From an uncultured Acidobacteriaceae bacterium (lineage in GTDB: Bacteria; Acidobacteriota; Terriglobia; Bryobacterales; Bryobacteraceae), in contig CAWBDJ010000001.1 in assembly GCA_963787615.1 (NCBI GenBank), positions 543,517 to 607,516 on the forward strand: 64,000 nucleotides of DNA. The letters run 5' to 3'. The notes beneath the pieces are model-generated. The model made no database searches, was not told the origin of the DNA, and saw nothing but the letters and a program-made list of their open reading frames with translations. Position numbers and translations under genes: made by a program. Below, piece by piece: positions 39,224 through 50,198 of this stretch (position 1 is its first letter; each line of letters begins with the position of its first letter).

Positions 39224-42200
39224 CATGTTTGTCCGTTAAGTATCTCTGCCTGCTTTCCCTCCTGACATGGCCACTCAGCGCAGCGGAGCCATGGACATTA
39301 CCTCTCTTTACAACTGATCCCCGCACTGTCCTCGCTGCCGCATCCAGATATTCCGTCTCCGGCGATCTGAACGCTCATCACGTTGGATTATTCCGTCCAG
39401 GTGCACATTGACGAAACCGGCAAGATCACGAAAACGACGCGCACTGTCACCCGTGTTCTGCGCGTGCAAGGCATCGAGGCTGCTCGCCGAGTGGCGGTCG
39501 GATGGATCGAGTGGCGCGAGAATCGTCCAAAAATCAAGGCCCGCGTCATCACCTCCGACGGTCGCCCTCACGTCCTCGATGAATCAGCCATCGACGAAAC
39601 TTCTCCTGCTGGCTCAGACCCGGCAGACGCGACCGGCATCAAGCTTCTGGCTGCGATTCTTCCCGAGGTTGACCTGGATAGTGTTGTCGAAGTCGAAATG
39701 CAACAGAGCGATCGCGAAGCAGCATTCCCCGGAGGTCGATTTGAGCAAGTCGTCGTGGAAGCGCCCTTCGCGATAGCACATTTCAAGCTCGCGGTGACTT
39801 CTTCGTCATCTCCGCTGCGCATCGAAGCGCGCGGTTTTCCTGACCCACAACCGCTCGTCACGTCCCAATCGATGGAGAGCACACCTCGCCACCGTCGAGG
39901 CTTCCAATTTCTTCGCCGGCTCGAATGGCACGCTGCTGCCACCCGAAATCGCGCCCCGCCCGATGGTCGCATTCACGAATGTGGCTAATTGGCAAGCCGT
40001 CGCGCAGTGGTACGCAGCCACCATCGCCAAAGTCGCAGCGCCACAGGCCAGCACCCATCCCACACCCAACCAGGATCAGCTCACCACGGTAGAAAACATC
40101 GTCGAGGACGTGCGAAAGAAAGTGCATCGCGACGCAATTCCTTTCGGCGCCTCTGCCTACACGCCTCGCAATCCCACTGAGATTTTGCAGAAGGGATCAG
40201 CCGACGAGAAGGATCTGGCAGCTCTGCTCATCAGCAGACTGGCCGAAGTAGGAATCGCTGCAAAAGTCGCGCTAGTAAGCGCAGACCCTTATCCGGACGT
40301 CGTTCGCAGCTTGCCGGGCTTGGAGGCGTTCAACCGTGTACTCGTTTACGTCGGAGGCGAGCATCCGCTGTGGATCGATCCCTCTAGTGAGTTCACGCCT
40401 GTCTCACGCCTGCCGGTGCCCGATCAAGGCCGGTCGGCGTTAATCGTCGATCCAACCACTAGCGACCTCGTTCGCACTCCCGAAACGACCGCGTCTGATA
40501 ATCGCCAGATCGACACAAGCGAGATTCGCCTGAAGGATGGAGCTCCCGCCCACGTAATCCAAACGCTCGAAAGCCGCGGCGTATTCGAGGATCTGCTTCG
40601 ATCGCTTGCAACCTCTCTCAACAGCCCGGATGTCGGATCAAAAACAGAACGCGGAAACACAGCTTCAGCGGGCTGCGGGAGTCCAAACCATCACCAGCGT
40701 CGACACCGGAGATCCGCGCAAACTGCTCAGCCCCGCGCGCGTGCAAGTGATTGCGGAAGGTTACACGGCAAGTCAGATCACAGATGAAGGAGGAGTTCTC
40801 GATTTGCCCGGTCAGATCTCGAACAGTCTTCAACGCCTCGGCGCCGCATTGCGATTGACGAATGATGCGAGCGCAGCCCCGGGCCCTCCGCGCAAATACG
40901 ATTATTACCTTCCTCCTGCCTTTACCGAACAGAGCAGTTATCACGTGATCCCTCCGCCCGGCGTATCAATTCAAGCAAGCGCCTTCGGTTTCTTCTTTCA
41001 CTCTTGGTCCACTGCAATTCTCTGCGACAGCGAAGCTCGAGACGGATGGCAGTTTGTCGATCAGCTACACGCTCATCAATCCCAAAGCGCGCTATACGCC
41101 TCAGGAAGTCGCCGCGATGCGTCGCGACCTTCCGAAACTCGCCGACAAACGAATAACTCGCCTGGCCTTCTTCAACATCGCGGAAGAGAAACTCGCCAAC
41201 GGCGACTTCAAGGAAGGGTTTAAGTTGTTGCGCCAGCAGACCACAGCCCGCGACGCCTCTTCCAGCACGCAGCTGCGACTGGCGAGTGCCTACGCAACGG
41301 TGGGCGCGCGGTCTGCTGCCGTGAAAATCTGCCAGGATGTACTTGCGAAGGACGGCAACAACGCTGCTGCCTACGCGAGACTCGGCTGGATTTATACACA
41401 CGATGAGTTCGGACGGCCATTCGGCTCCGGCATGAACATGCCCGAAGCGGAAAAAGCGTATTTGAAAGCTCTCGATCTCCAGTCCACGCCAGCCTACGCG
41501 ATCGAGCTGGCGACGCTCTACACCTACAACTCCGCCGGCATTCGTTTCGGAAATTCGGCGCGGCTCGATGAGGCGCTGCACCTCTATAACCAGGTCGGAC
41601 TCGACACGTTGGCGCGAACCGGATTGATCAACGATTATGCCCTCACGCTCTTGTTTGCCCATAAGTACAGCGAGCTGCGCGCGTTTTTTCTTTATCCGCA
41701 GGCGGATCGCGCCGATCAAGCCATCAAGATGGCGGGCATTGCAGCGGGCGGCGACGCGAGCGTAGTCAAAGACGAGGCAGTTTATGCGTTCCCCGATCCT
41801 GCCAAGAGGAGAATCGTCCTTATCGAGGCCGCGCGATATCTGCTGAACTCACGCGAGTTTCAGCCCGCAGCGATGCTCTTCGAAATGGCAGGCCACCCCA
41901 CTCCCGCCATCTCCCCTGCAGATTTCGCCATGCTAAAAAGAGCGCGACCGTTCGATGAGAGCGCCGCGTCGCCACAGCCCGCCATAGCAGCTTTCCAGCG
42001 TTTTATTGCAGCCCTTCTCAATCCGCCGGATCCCGACGCTTGGAAGAACTCGGTCGTTCCCGAATCGCGCGGAATGAACGTAGCCTCTGGGCGCCTCGCG
42101 CTGCTGCAGCTCTCCAGTGCCACCGAGCAAGTAGCACGTCAACCGGTGAGCTGGCCCTTTGCTTCCGACCTGCTTGCAACCGCCATCGATTTCGACGCCG

Positions 42201-43438
42201 AAGGAAGCGAGCAGACTGGTTTTCGAATCCGCACTCCCGATCAAACTCGCAAAGCGGCGCGAAAAACCATCGCATATGTCGTGAAACGCGGCAATACGTA
42301 TCTCGTGCTCGGTCTGATTGGCAGCGCATCTGAGACCGCAGAAGCGCTCACCAGGGTAGACGCCGGCGACTTGCCCGGCGCGCGCCAATGGCTCGCATGG
42401 GCAAACGACGAAATGCCGGCGGCGCGACCGGCTGATCCTATGGCCGGACCAGCGTTTCAGCTACTCTGGCCGCCCAAGTCGACCGACCCGCACATCGTCA
42501 AAGCTGCAGCGGCGAGTATCGCAGCCCGTGCTCCCGCCTACGAACCAGGCATTAAGGCTCTCAACGAACTCCGCCCGCAAATAACCGATCCCGAGTTGCA
42601 GAGGGCCATCGATCAGGCACTTGCTGAAGGTCTGCTGGCGCATGACAAGTACGCCGAAGCGATCCCCGTGCTCCAGCGGCTTCAAACCGAATTGCCCAAT
42701 TCGAAAGTGCTGCCGGAGCTTCTCGCGCAGGCGTTCATATCGACCGACCGCTTCCCTGAAGCGTCGGCCGTTATCGAAACCATCGAGCGGACCGCGCCGG
42801 GAAATCTCGGTGCCATGCGTCTTCGGGAGCGCTCTCTCGCCGAACAGAAAAAATTCCCCGAAGCCGCTGCGCTTGAAACTCAGATCTGCGCCAATCCCAA
42901 AGCTTCAGGATTTGATTGGAATGATCTCGCGTGGGTCGATCTGTTTGCGCACGCCGACGCCAAGTCTATGGAGGAAGCCGCCGACAAAGCAGTGGAGTTG
43001 ACTGGCGCCCGCAGTTTCGCCGTCGTGCATACCTTGGCCGTTGTCCAGGCCAGTACAGGCCGGCTGAAAGACGCGCGCGCCAACGGTTATCAGCTCCTGG
43101 AGAGATCCGGCGATGCGGATGAACTATTGACCATTTTCGGCCGTATCGCCGAACAGTTGGACATCCGCGACGTGGCGGCGGAATACTATAAGCGCGTTAA
43201 AAAGCCCGACAGCAATTCCGCGCTCTCGGCTTACTCGTTCGCACAGATGCGTCTGAAAGAAGGCCTCACCGGCAACGTCCACCAGCGCGCCTGCCGAACA
43301 AAGTCAAATCAAGCCCGGCGGCAAATAGCGCTTCGCGCCACCCGCACGTCTGCTATTACAGCTTCAGCTCGTGTGTTTGTGGGCCTTGTGCTTCTTCACC
43401 TTATGTGGTTTCGGGTGAGTAGACCCGTCCGGCGGTGA
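39220..43438 (+). pseudogene. large DUF3857 / transglutaminase-like / DUF3858-like / TPR repeat protein gene, interrupted by at least four +1 frameshifts
   Basis: Five consecutive overlapping ORFs (39220, 39383, 39963, 40606, 41054), each in the next frame. Joins are readable by deleting one base at ~39384, ~39880, ~40635 and ~40961. The order is signal peptide, a beta-rich DUF3857-like region, a transglutaminase-like core (ILQKGSADEKDLAALLISRL) and a long TPR C-terminus. A further shift near 43258 would end the gene at 43328. Confidence 0.65.
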
Positions 43439-43507
43439 ACTCCACCGCGCCGGCGTCACCGCTGGAAACACCAGGCAACTCAAAAGAAGCAGAACACAGA
43501 TTCGCAT
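43364..43507 (-). CDS. candidate small secreted His/Lys-rich peptide (47 codons)
   Basis: MRICVLLLLSCLVFPAVTPARWSSPPDGSTHPKPHKVKKHKAHKHTS. GAGGGG lies 9 nt upstream of the ATG. Same strand as ahcY, 72 nt downstream of it. Too short for the ORF track. Confidence 0.35.
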   Translation of the reverse strand: MRICVLLLLSCLVFPAVTPARWSSPPDGSTHPKPHKVKKHKAHKHTS

Positions 43508-43579
43508 CGCAACAACCCCTCGTATGTATTATCGGCAGGGCGGTAGAAAACCCTCGCTTGGCCGAGCCGCCCTTCGTCG

Positions 43580-45010
43580 CTAGTATCGATAATGATCGGC
43601 TTTGAACGGCCCTTCCGGCGGCACGCCCAGATACTCAGCCTGCTTCGGCGTTAACGTGGTGAGTTTCACGCCAATCTTCTCCAGATGCAGCCGCGCCACT
43701 TCCTCATCAAGCTTCTTGGGCAGCGTGTACACGCCAACTTGATAGGTATCCCGGTTCTTCCACAGGTCGATCTGCGCGAGCGTTTGATTCGAAAAGCTGT
43801 TGCTCATGACGAAGCTCGGATGCCCCGTCGCACAGCCGAGATTCACCAGCCGTCCTTCGGCCAGCAAAAAGACACTGTGCCCATCGGGAAACGTGTACAT
43901 GTCTACCTGCGGCTTGATGTTGGTGCGCTTCACTCCCTTCTCCGAGTTCAACCGGTCCACCTGAATCTCATTGTCGAAGTGCCCAATGTTGCAGATGATC
44001 GCCTGATCCTTCATGTAGCGCATGTGCTCGAGCGTCAGCACGTCCAGGTTGCCCGTGCAGGTGACGTAAATGTCGCCGCGGCCGAGCGTGTCTTCGACCG
44101 TCGTCACTTCGAAACCTTCCATCGCTGCCTGTAGCGCATTGATGGGATCGATCTCCGTGACAACTACACGCGCCCCCATGCCGCTCAACGACTGCGCCGA
44201 ACCCTTCCCTACATCGCCGTAGCCGCAAATCACCGCTACCTTGCCCGCCATCATCACATCGGTCGCGCGTTTGATTCCATCGGCCAGCGACTCACGGCAC
44301 CCGTATAAGTTGTCGAATTTCGACTTCGTTACCGAGTCGTTCACATTGATCGCAGGAACTAACAGCTTGCCCGCTTCCTGCATTTTGTACAGGCGGTGAA
44401 CACCGGTGGTCGTCTCTTCCGAAACTCCACGCCATTCTTTGGCGATGCGATGCCAGCGCTGCGGATCTTCCTGGTGAATTTCTTTGAGCAGATTCTTGAT
44501 AACAGTTTCTTCGTGACTACCCGACGGCGTGTTAACCCAACCGTCGCCATCCTCGAGTTCGTAGCCCTTATGGATCAGCAGCGTCGCATCGCCGCCATCG
44601 TCAATAACGAGCTGCGGTCCCTTGCCATCGGGATGGCTGAGAGCCTGATACGTGCACCACCAATACTCCTCGAGGCTCTCGCCCTTCCAGGCAAATACAG
44701 GAGTACCAGCGGCGGCAATCGCGGCAGCAGCGTGATCCTGCGTCGAAAAAATATTGCAGCTCGCCCAGCGAACATCCGCTCCCAACTCCGCCAGCGTCTC
44801 AATCAGAACGGCGGTCTGGATCGTCATGTGCAGCGAGCCGGTTACGCGTACACCCTTAAGCGGCTTCTCCCGCGCGTACTTCTCGCGGATCGCCATCAGT
44901 CCCGGCATCTCGTGCTCGGCAATGGAGATTTCCTTTCGACCCCATTCGGCCAAGCCCATGTCGGCGACTTTGTACTCTGCCGCAGTTTGATTAAGAGTTC
45001 CTGTTCCCAT
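43580..45010 (-). CDS. ahcY: adenosylhomocysteinase
   Basis: 476 aa. [26 protein letters not shown], the [11 protein letters not shown]-binding motif and a C-terminal ...KADHYRY are unmistakable. Confidence 0.95.
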   Translation of the reverse strand: MGTGTLNQTAAEYKVADMGLAEWGRKEISIAEHEMPGLMAIREKYAREKPLKGVRVTGSLHMTIQTAVLIETLAELGADVRWASCNIFSTQDHAAAAIAAAGTPVFAWKGESLEEYWWCTYQALSHPDGKGPQLVIDDGGDATLLIHKGYELEDGDGWVNTPSGSHEETVIKNLLKEIHQEDPQRWHRIAKEWRGVSEETTTGVHRLYKMQEAGKLLVPAINVNDSVTKSKFDNLYGCRESLADGIKRATDVMMAGKVAVICGYGDVGKGSAQSLSGMGARVVVTEIDPINALQAAMEGFEVTTVEDTLGRGDIYVTCTGNLDVLTLEHMRYMKDQAIICNIGHFDNEIQVDRLNSEKGVKRTNIKPQVDMYTFPDGHSVFLLAEGRLVNLGCATGHPSFVMSNSFSNQTLAQIDLWKNRDTYQVGVYTLPKKLDEEVARLHLEKIGVKLTTLTPKQAEYLGVPPEGPFKADHYRY

Positions 45011-45012
45011 TC

Positions 45013-46326
45013 CTATTCATCATATCGGGCAGGCGTCGCATTTAATTCTGTAGTATTGGGTGCCGTCAAGGCCTGCGTCCTCGTCTTCACGTTCCAAACC
45101 GCCGCATATCCGAGAGCCACCACACTCACAAACATCATTAGCACTTCGCTGTCGCCCAGATCATATTCCGCGAACCCCTCTACCAGCACGCCAATCATCA
45201 CCGCAATCGTGCCCTGCAGCACAAAGCGCTCCTCCGAGCGGCCCCTCTCCGCACGCGAAAGCGCCGCCGAACAGTCCCACATGGTCATCCCGATGAACCA
45301 CAGCAGCAAGAGCAATCCCGGAACGCCGCGCTCTGCCGCGTACTGCACGTACACGTTGTGCAAATGTCCGTAATATCCGGAGGGCAGCGGCCTTACGACA
45401 TCGCTAGGAACATATCGCTCGAAGTTGCGCTTGATTTCTTCCGGTCCCACTCCGAACCACGGATGCGCCTCGATCATTGCAACTCCTGTGCGAAAAGTGA
45501 TCACGCGAAAGCGATTCGAATCCGTGTCGCCGTGCGGGGTGATGAGCGAGCTCAGTCGGTCGCGCGTCTCCCCCGGCGCGATCCAGAAGGCGAGCGCCGC
45601 AATCACAGGCACAGCTAAGGTCATTTTGCGGCGCCAAAACCAAACCAGGTAAACCACCGCAACCATTGCCGCTACCCAGATACTTCGATCCCAGCTCAGC
45701 AAAATTGCCGCTGCCAAAATCGCTATCGCGCCGTACACCCACCCCGGCATTCTGCGGCTCGAAAAAAACCATTGCGCCAGCAGAAGCGACAGCACGCTCA
45801 GTTGCAGTGCGCCGAATGTCAGCCAATGACTCTCGAATCCCGTAATACGCCGAGGCAAATAAGCTAGATAAAAGTTTTCGCCCGTGTGCCGCGCGCGCTC
45901 GTACTTAAGAACAAATTGCGCTAAGCCCCAAGCACCGGAGGCCGTCGCGGCAGCGGTCCACGCCATCATCAAATAGAACACCTTCGGGAATTGACGAACA
46001 AATACCCCATACACCAACGGAATGAACAGAAACACAAAAAATTTCCGGATCTGCGCACGACCGCCCCACGGGTCAGGTGACACTGCGTCGGCGAGTACTG
46101 TCCAAAGAAATAGCGCCGCCAGCGGTATCCAGATGCGCGGGAATTCCAGCTTTTGCCGAAACACAAGCAGCAGCCCAATGCCCACGCCTAACAGCGTCTG
46201 GCTCGCCGCGATGGAGACGTGAATCAACCCCGCTGCCGCGATCGCAATCACCAGCAAAATGCGATCTTGGGTCTCCTCGCCGAGGCGCATGCCGCCCCAG
46301 TATGACAGAATGAAAGGCGAAACCAC
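45013..46326 (-). CDS. O-antigen ligase family (Wzy_C) membrane protein
   Basis: About 11 TM segments with a periplasmic loop ...[41 protein letters not shown]...[14 protein letters not shown], typical of Wzy_C. Confidence 0.7.
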   Translation of the reverse strand: MVSPFILSYWGGMRLGEETQDRILLVIAIAAAGLIHVSIAASQTLLGVGIGLLLVFRQKLEFPRIWIPLAALFLWTVLADAVSPDPWGGRAQIRKFFVFLFIPLVYGVFVRQFPKVFYLMMAWTAAATASGAWGLAQFVLKYERARHTGENFYLAYLPRRITGFESHWLTFGALQLSVLSLLLAQWFFSSRRMPGWVYGAIAILAAAILLSWDRSIWVAAMVAVVYLVWFWRRKMTLAVPVIAALAFWIAPGETRDRLSSLITPHGDTDSNRFRVITFRTGVAMIEAHPWFGVGPEEIKRNFERYVPSDVVRPLPSGYYGHLHNVYVQYAAERGVPGLLLLLWFIGMTMWDCSAALSRAERGRSEERFVLQGTIAVMIGVLVEGFAEYDLGDSEVLMMFVSVVALGYAAVWNVKTRTQALTAPNTTELNATPARYDE

Positions 46327-46334
46327 GCGAGTTT

Positions 46335-46826
46335 ATGCAGCTGTATCTGCTTCGGCATGGAATTGCCGAAGATGCGTCGAAGAGCGTCAGCGACGCAGAT
46401 CGCGCACTCACTCCCGAAGGCCGCCGGAAGCTCCGGCAGGTGCTCGAAGCAGCGGCGGAAGCCCGCGTTGAACCCACTCTCATTTTGACCAGTCCTCTCA
46501 AACGCGCCATTCAGACCGCCGAAATTGTTCAAAGCGTTCTGAAATGCAAAAACGACCTGCTTCGCACTGAGGCTCTGGTTCCGGGTGCAACGGTTGAGCA
46601 GGTCTGGGATGAGATTCGCGATCATCGCGACGAACCTTCTCTGATGCTGGTCGGCCACAACCCGCTTTTTACAGAACTCGCGGCGTATCTCCTCGGATCA
46701 AAGGAAATTCAAATCGATTTTAAAAAAGGCGCTCTTTTGCGAGTGGATCTGGACAACTTTCCTGCACATCCCAACGGTCGACTGCGCTGGTATTTAACCG
46801 CGAAACTGGCGGCTGATCGCGTATAA
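46335..46826 (+). CDS. sixA: phosphohistidine phosphatase SixA
   Basis: MQLYLLRHGIAED... RHG catalytic motif, ...LTPEG..., LVGHNP. 163 aa. Confidence 0.8.
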   Translation: MQLYLLRHGIAEDASKSVSDADRALTPEGRRKLRQVLEAAAEARVEPTLILTSPLKRAIQTAEIVQSVLKCKNDLLRTEALVPGATVEQVWDEIRDHRDEPSLMLVGHNPLFTELAAYLLGSKEIQIDFKKGALLRVDLDNFPAHPNGRLRWYLTAKLAADRV

Positions 46827-46857
46827 AGCCATTCCACTCTCAGCGTCTATGATGTAA

Positions 46858-47668
46858 ATGGGTCTTTCGATGGCTCTATCGCAACGCGCGCAGTCGTTTT
46901 GTACGCGCGTGCAACATTTCTCTCACGCTCGCGTTACTAGCTGGGCTCGCTTTCACCCAGGCACCCTCCAACACCACCCCTCCTCCTACGAATTCAAGCA
47001 AGAAAATCGCTCCTGGGCAGGCCGACCCCGCCGCAATCAGTCCACAGAACCCGTCCATACCGGCGTCCATCCCTCAACAGAGTCAATCGGGAGTGCCGCA
47101 GTCGCCCATTCAATTCGAATCGCACGGCATCGAGTATGAGGCGCTCACGAAAAACGGCATTACGGTCATGTTTGCTCCCTTGCCGCCGCATATAAAGGAC
47201 TACAACATCGTCCAAGTAACCGTCACCAACGGATCCCTCGTGTCGTGGACCGTGAAGGCCGCTGATTTTAGCTTTGTGCGTCAGGATGGAAGCGTGCTTC
47301 AGCCCGTCTCGGCTGACGATGTGGTGGAGTCGCTGCTTGAAAAGGCCAGCCACAGCGACGTCATCAAGCTGCAGCTTCTCTACGAAGACACCATTTATGC
47401 GCTTTCGAATTTCCGCTCCACGAACGGGTATGAAAAGCGCCGCGAAGCAGCTATGGCACAGTTCGTAAAGCCGGGCTTCAAAGCCGCCGCTGCGGCTTCC
47501 GCCATTACTCTTGTGCCCACCAGGCTCAAATCCGGCGACAGCACGGACGGAGCCGTCTTCTTCGAGAACCGTAGCAAAGACAAAATACTCGGACCCGGCC
47601 GCCTGGTTGCGCACACCTGCGGTGAAATATTCGAGTTCATCGTTTATCCTGAGACCAAGCTCCGCTAG
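46858..47668 (+). CDS. hypothetical secreted protein; frame broken near 46900-46920
   Basis: The body (47093..47668) extends upstream in frame through a Pro/Ser/Gln-rich linker to a signal-peptide-like SLTLALLAGLAFTQAPSNTTPPP with no start codon. The only ATG (46858) is in the -1 frame, implying a +1 insertion. Confidence 0.5.
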
Positions 47669-48555
47669 TGTCAGAACCCCCCGAACGTTCCCAAGCTGCA
47701 CTCATCGATCTCCACGCTCATACCAGCGCGTCCGACGGCACCTTATCGGCGGCCGATCTAATATCGCTCGCCAAGCGCGTCGGCTTGGCTGCGCTCGCCA
47801 TCACCGATCACGATACTTTCGATGGGTACGAAGAAGCCGTTCCATTTGCCCGCGAGGCTGCACTCGATCTGGTGCGCGGCATCGAGCTGAATTCGCGTTT
47901 GAGGGTTTCCAGTCAAGGCGAATATCGCTTTGTGCATCTTCTCGGCTACTGGCCCTCGCAACCCCCTTCAGCGGAATTCCGTGCCTGGCTCGAAGGCGAG
48001 CGCCAAGAGCGGCGCGACCGTAATCGCAAGCTCGCCGCCACTCTGCGCGATCGCGGCGTCAATATCACTCTTGAAGAGGTCGAAGCACGCGGCCATAGCT
48101 TAACGGGTCGCGCCCATTTCGCGCGCGCTTTGGTCGAAAAAGGATACGCGCTCGATAACGAAGACGCCTTTCGCAGATATCTCGGCCAAAACGCTCCCAC
48201 TTACGTAGAGCGCCAGAGCCAAAGCACCGAGGAGGCGATTCGCAAAATCCGCGATGCACACGGCATTCCGGCCCTGGCTCATCCCGTCCGGCTCGCGCTC
48301 CCTCGCGATCGCGAGCGGGAGCTTCTCCTGCGGCTGAAAGAAGCGGGCCTGCTTGCGCTTGAGGTCTATCATTCCGAGCACCCGCCCGAACTGCAAGCCC
48401 ACTACCGGCAGCTCGCCGAGGAACTCGACCTGATTCCGACCGGTGGCTCCGACTTCCATGGCTCGCCCAAACCGAACATCGAACTCGGCACCGGCATGCA
48501 CGGCAATCTGCGCATCCCGCGCGAATTTCTCGATCGAATGCGGCAAGTACAATGA
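47668..48555 (+). CDS. PHP domain phosphoesterase (TrpH/YciV-like)
   Basis: IDLHAHTSASDGTLSAADLISLAKRVGLAALAITDHDT... and HP...GGSDFHG motifs. Confidence 0.8.
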   Translation: MSEPPERSQAALIDLHAHTSASDGTLSAADLISLAKRVGLAALAITDHDTFDGYEEAVPFAREAALDLVRGIELNSRLRVSSQGEYRFVHLLGYWPSQPPSAEFRAWLEGERQERRDRNRKLAATLRDRGVNITLEEVEARGHSLTGRAHFARALVEKGYALDNEDAFRRYLGQNAPTYVERQSQSTEEAIRKIRDAHGIPALAHPVRLALPRDRERELLLRLKEAGLLALEVYHSEHPPELQAHYRQLAEELDLIPTGGSDFHGSPKPNIELGTGMHGNLRIPREFLDRMRQVQ

Positions 48556-48593
48556 GGCGTCTTGCGACAGTTAGCCACTCCAGCGCGCTGTAA

Positions 48594-48911
48594 TCAGCGT
48601 GTTTCGAGTTTCATCAGCCTTACGTTCATGTCGGTGACCTGCTGCTCGACGAGCGCCAGGCGCGGGGACACGGATGCATCCAGGTTGCCCTGGTCGGCTT
48701 CGACTTTGCGCATTCGAAGTGTGAGCCCGGTGTTATGGGCGGCGAATCCGCGCAGCAATTCGGTCTGCATATCGCGCATCGTCTCGATGAGCTTCTCTTG
48801 AACAACGTCGAGGCGCTGCTCGAAGCGTTGCTGTAGCCGCTGTTCGAGCAATTCGAGTTCTGCTTTCAGTTCGGCTTTGGTAGACGGGGCTTTCGTTGTT
48901 AAGTGAGCCAT
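48594..48911 (-). CDS. hypothetical coiled-coil protein
   Basis: 105 aa, strongly heptad-like (KAELKAELELLEQRLQQRFEQRLDVVQEKL...). Confidence 0.45.
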   Translation of the reverse strand: MAHLTTKAPSTKAELKAELELLEQRLQQRFEQRLDVVQEKLIETMRDMQTELLRGFAAHNTGLTLRMRKVEADQGNLDASVSPRLALVEQQVTDMNVRLMKLETR

Positions 48912-48962
48912 TTGGACACACCTTCAGTTTACGGGTTTTGTGGGCGCCCCTTACAATGAGGC

Positions 48963-50198
48963 GTGTCGGACGTTCTCCCCAGACTCCGCTTCAATCTCGA
49001 TTTCATGCCCTCGCCCGATCCGAAGCGGCCCGGGCTCTTCATTCGCGATCCTTATCATTACTCGGACGCCACCTTGCTCGTTCCGCCCGCTCTCGTGCAA
49101 GCGCTCGAGTGCTTCGATGGCCAGCAATCGACGCTTGATCTCCGTTCCGAGCTGGTTCGTATCACTGGTGAAATTCAGGTCGGCGAACTCGAGAGGCATC
49201 TCTTCGAATCGCTGAATGACGCTGGTTTTCTCGACAATGACCGCTATCGCGAGCTGAAAACACAGCGCGAAAGCGATTTCGCCACGGAGCTCACACGCGA
49301 AGCAATCTTTGCGGGCTCCGCTTATCCCAAAGATCGCTTGAAGCTCGCCGACCTCCTGGCCACGCGTATCGGCGCATTGAATGGCACAGCCGCGAGCGTC
49401 GGCATCGCCGCTCCACACGCCAGCCCCGAAGGTGCCTGGGATACGTACCGCGCAGCCTATCGCGCACTACCTTCGTTAGAAGATGCCCGTGAGCGCACCT
49501 TCGTGATTCTCGGAACCTCGCACTACGGCGCGCCGGACCGCTTCGGACTTACTCGCAAACAGTTCATCACTCCGTTCGGTGAGGCGCAAACAGCCATTGA
49601 TTTGGTAAACGAGCTCGAAAACGCCGCCCCCGACGCGATCCGAATGGAGGACTACTGCCATTCCGTCGAGCACTCGATCGAATTCCAAATCGTTTTTCTG
49701 CAACATCTGTACGGCCCGGGCGTGCGCATCCTGCCAATTCTCTGCGGCCCCTTTGTCAAAAGTATTTACGAAGGCGGCGCGCCCGAAAGCAACGAGAACG
49801 TGGCGCGTTTCTTCGATGCTCTCGCCAACATCGCGGCACGGGAAGCCCAGCGCCTGTTCTGGATTTTAGGCGTCGACATGGCCCACATCGGGCGACGCTA
49901 TGGCGACCAGCTACGAGCCACAGCCAATCTTGGCGAGATGCTTGCAATCGAACAACGCGATCGTGCCCGTATCGCCCAGATCGGTGCCGGCGATTTGCGC
50001 GGCTACTGGTCCTTAGTGCAAGAGCGGCACGACGATCTCAAGTGGTGCGGCTCGTCACCCTTCTACACTTTTATGAAAGTGATGCCCGGCCTACGCGCAC
50101 AACTGGCCCATTATCAGCAGTGGCAAATCGATCCGCACAGTGTTGTTACGTTCGGCGCACTGCTGTTCGAGCACCCAACTAATTCTGCACAACAGTAA
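48963..50198 (+). CDS. MEMO1 family protein (AmmeMemoRadiSam system protein B-like) with ~130-aa N-terminal extension
   Basis: AAPHASPEGAW..., ILGTSHYG..., HSIEFQIVFLQH, GVDMAHIG are the Memo/LigB-fold motifs. Confidence 0.7.
   Translation: MSDVLPRLRFNLDFMPSPDPKRPGLFIRDPYHYSDATLLVPPALVQALECFDGQQSTLDLRSELVRITGEIQVGELERHLFESLNDAGFLDNDRYRELKTQRESDFATELTREAIFAGSAYPKDRLKLADLLATRIGALNGTAASVGIAAPHASPEGAWDTYRAAYRALPSLEDARERTFVILGTSHYGAPDRFGLTRKQFITPFGEAQTAIDLVNELENAAPDAIRMEDYCHSVEHSIEFQIVFLQHLYGPGVRILPILCGPFVKSIYEGGAPESNENVARFFDALANIAAREAQRLFWILGVDMAHIGRRYGDQLRATANLGEMLAIEQRDRARIAQIGAGDLRGYWSLVQERHDDLKWCGSSPFYTFMKVMPGLRAQLAHYQQWQIDPHSVVTFGALLFEHPTNSAQQ

Noticed and set aside
45005-45020. An SAH riboswitch upstream of ahcY.
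   Set aside because: ahcY starts 2 nt after the stop of the O-antigen-ligase-like gene, so there is no leader.
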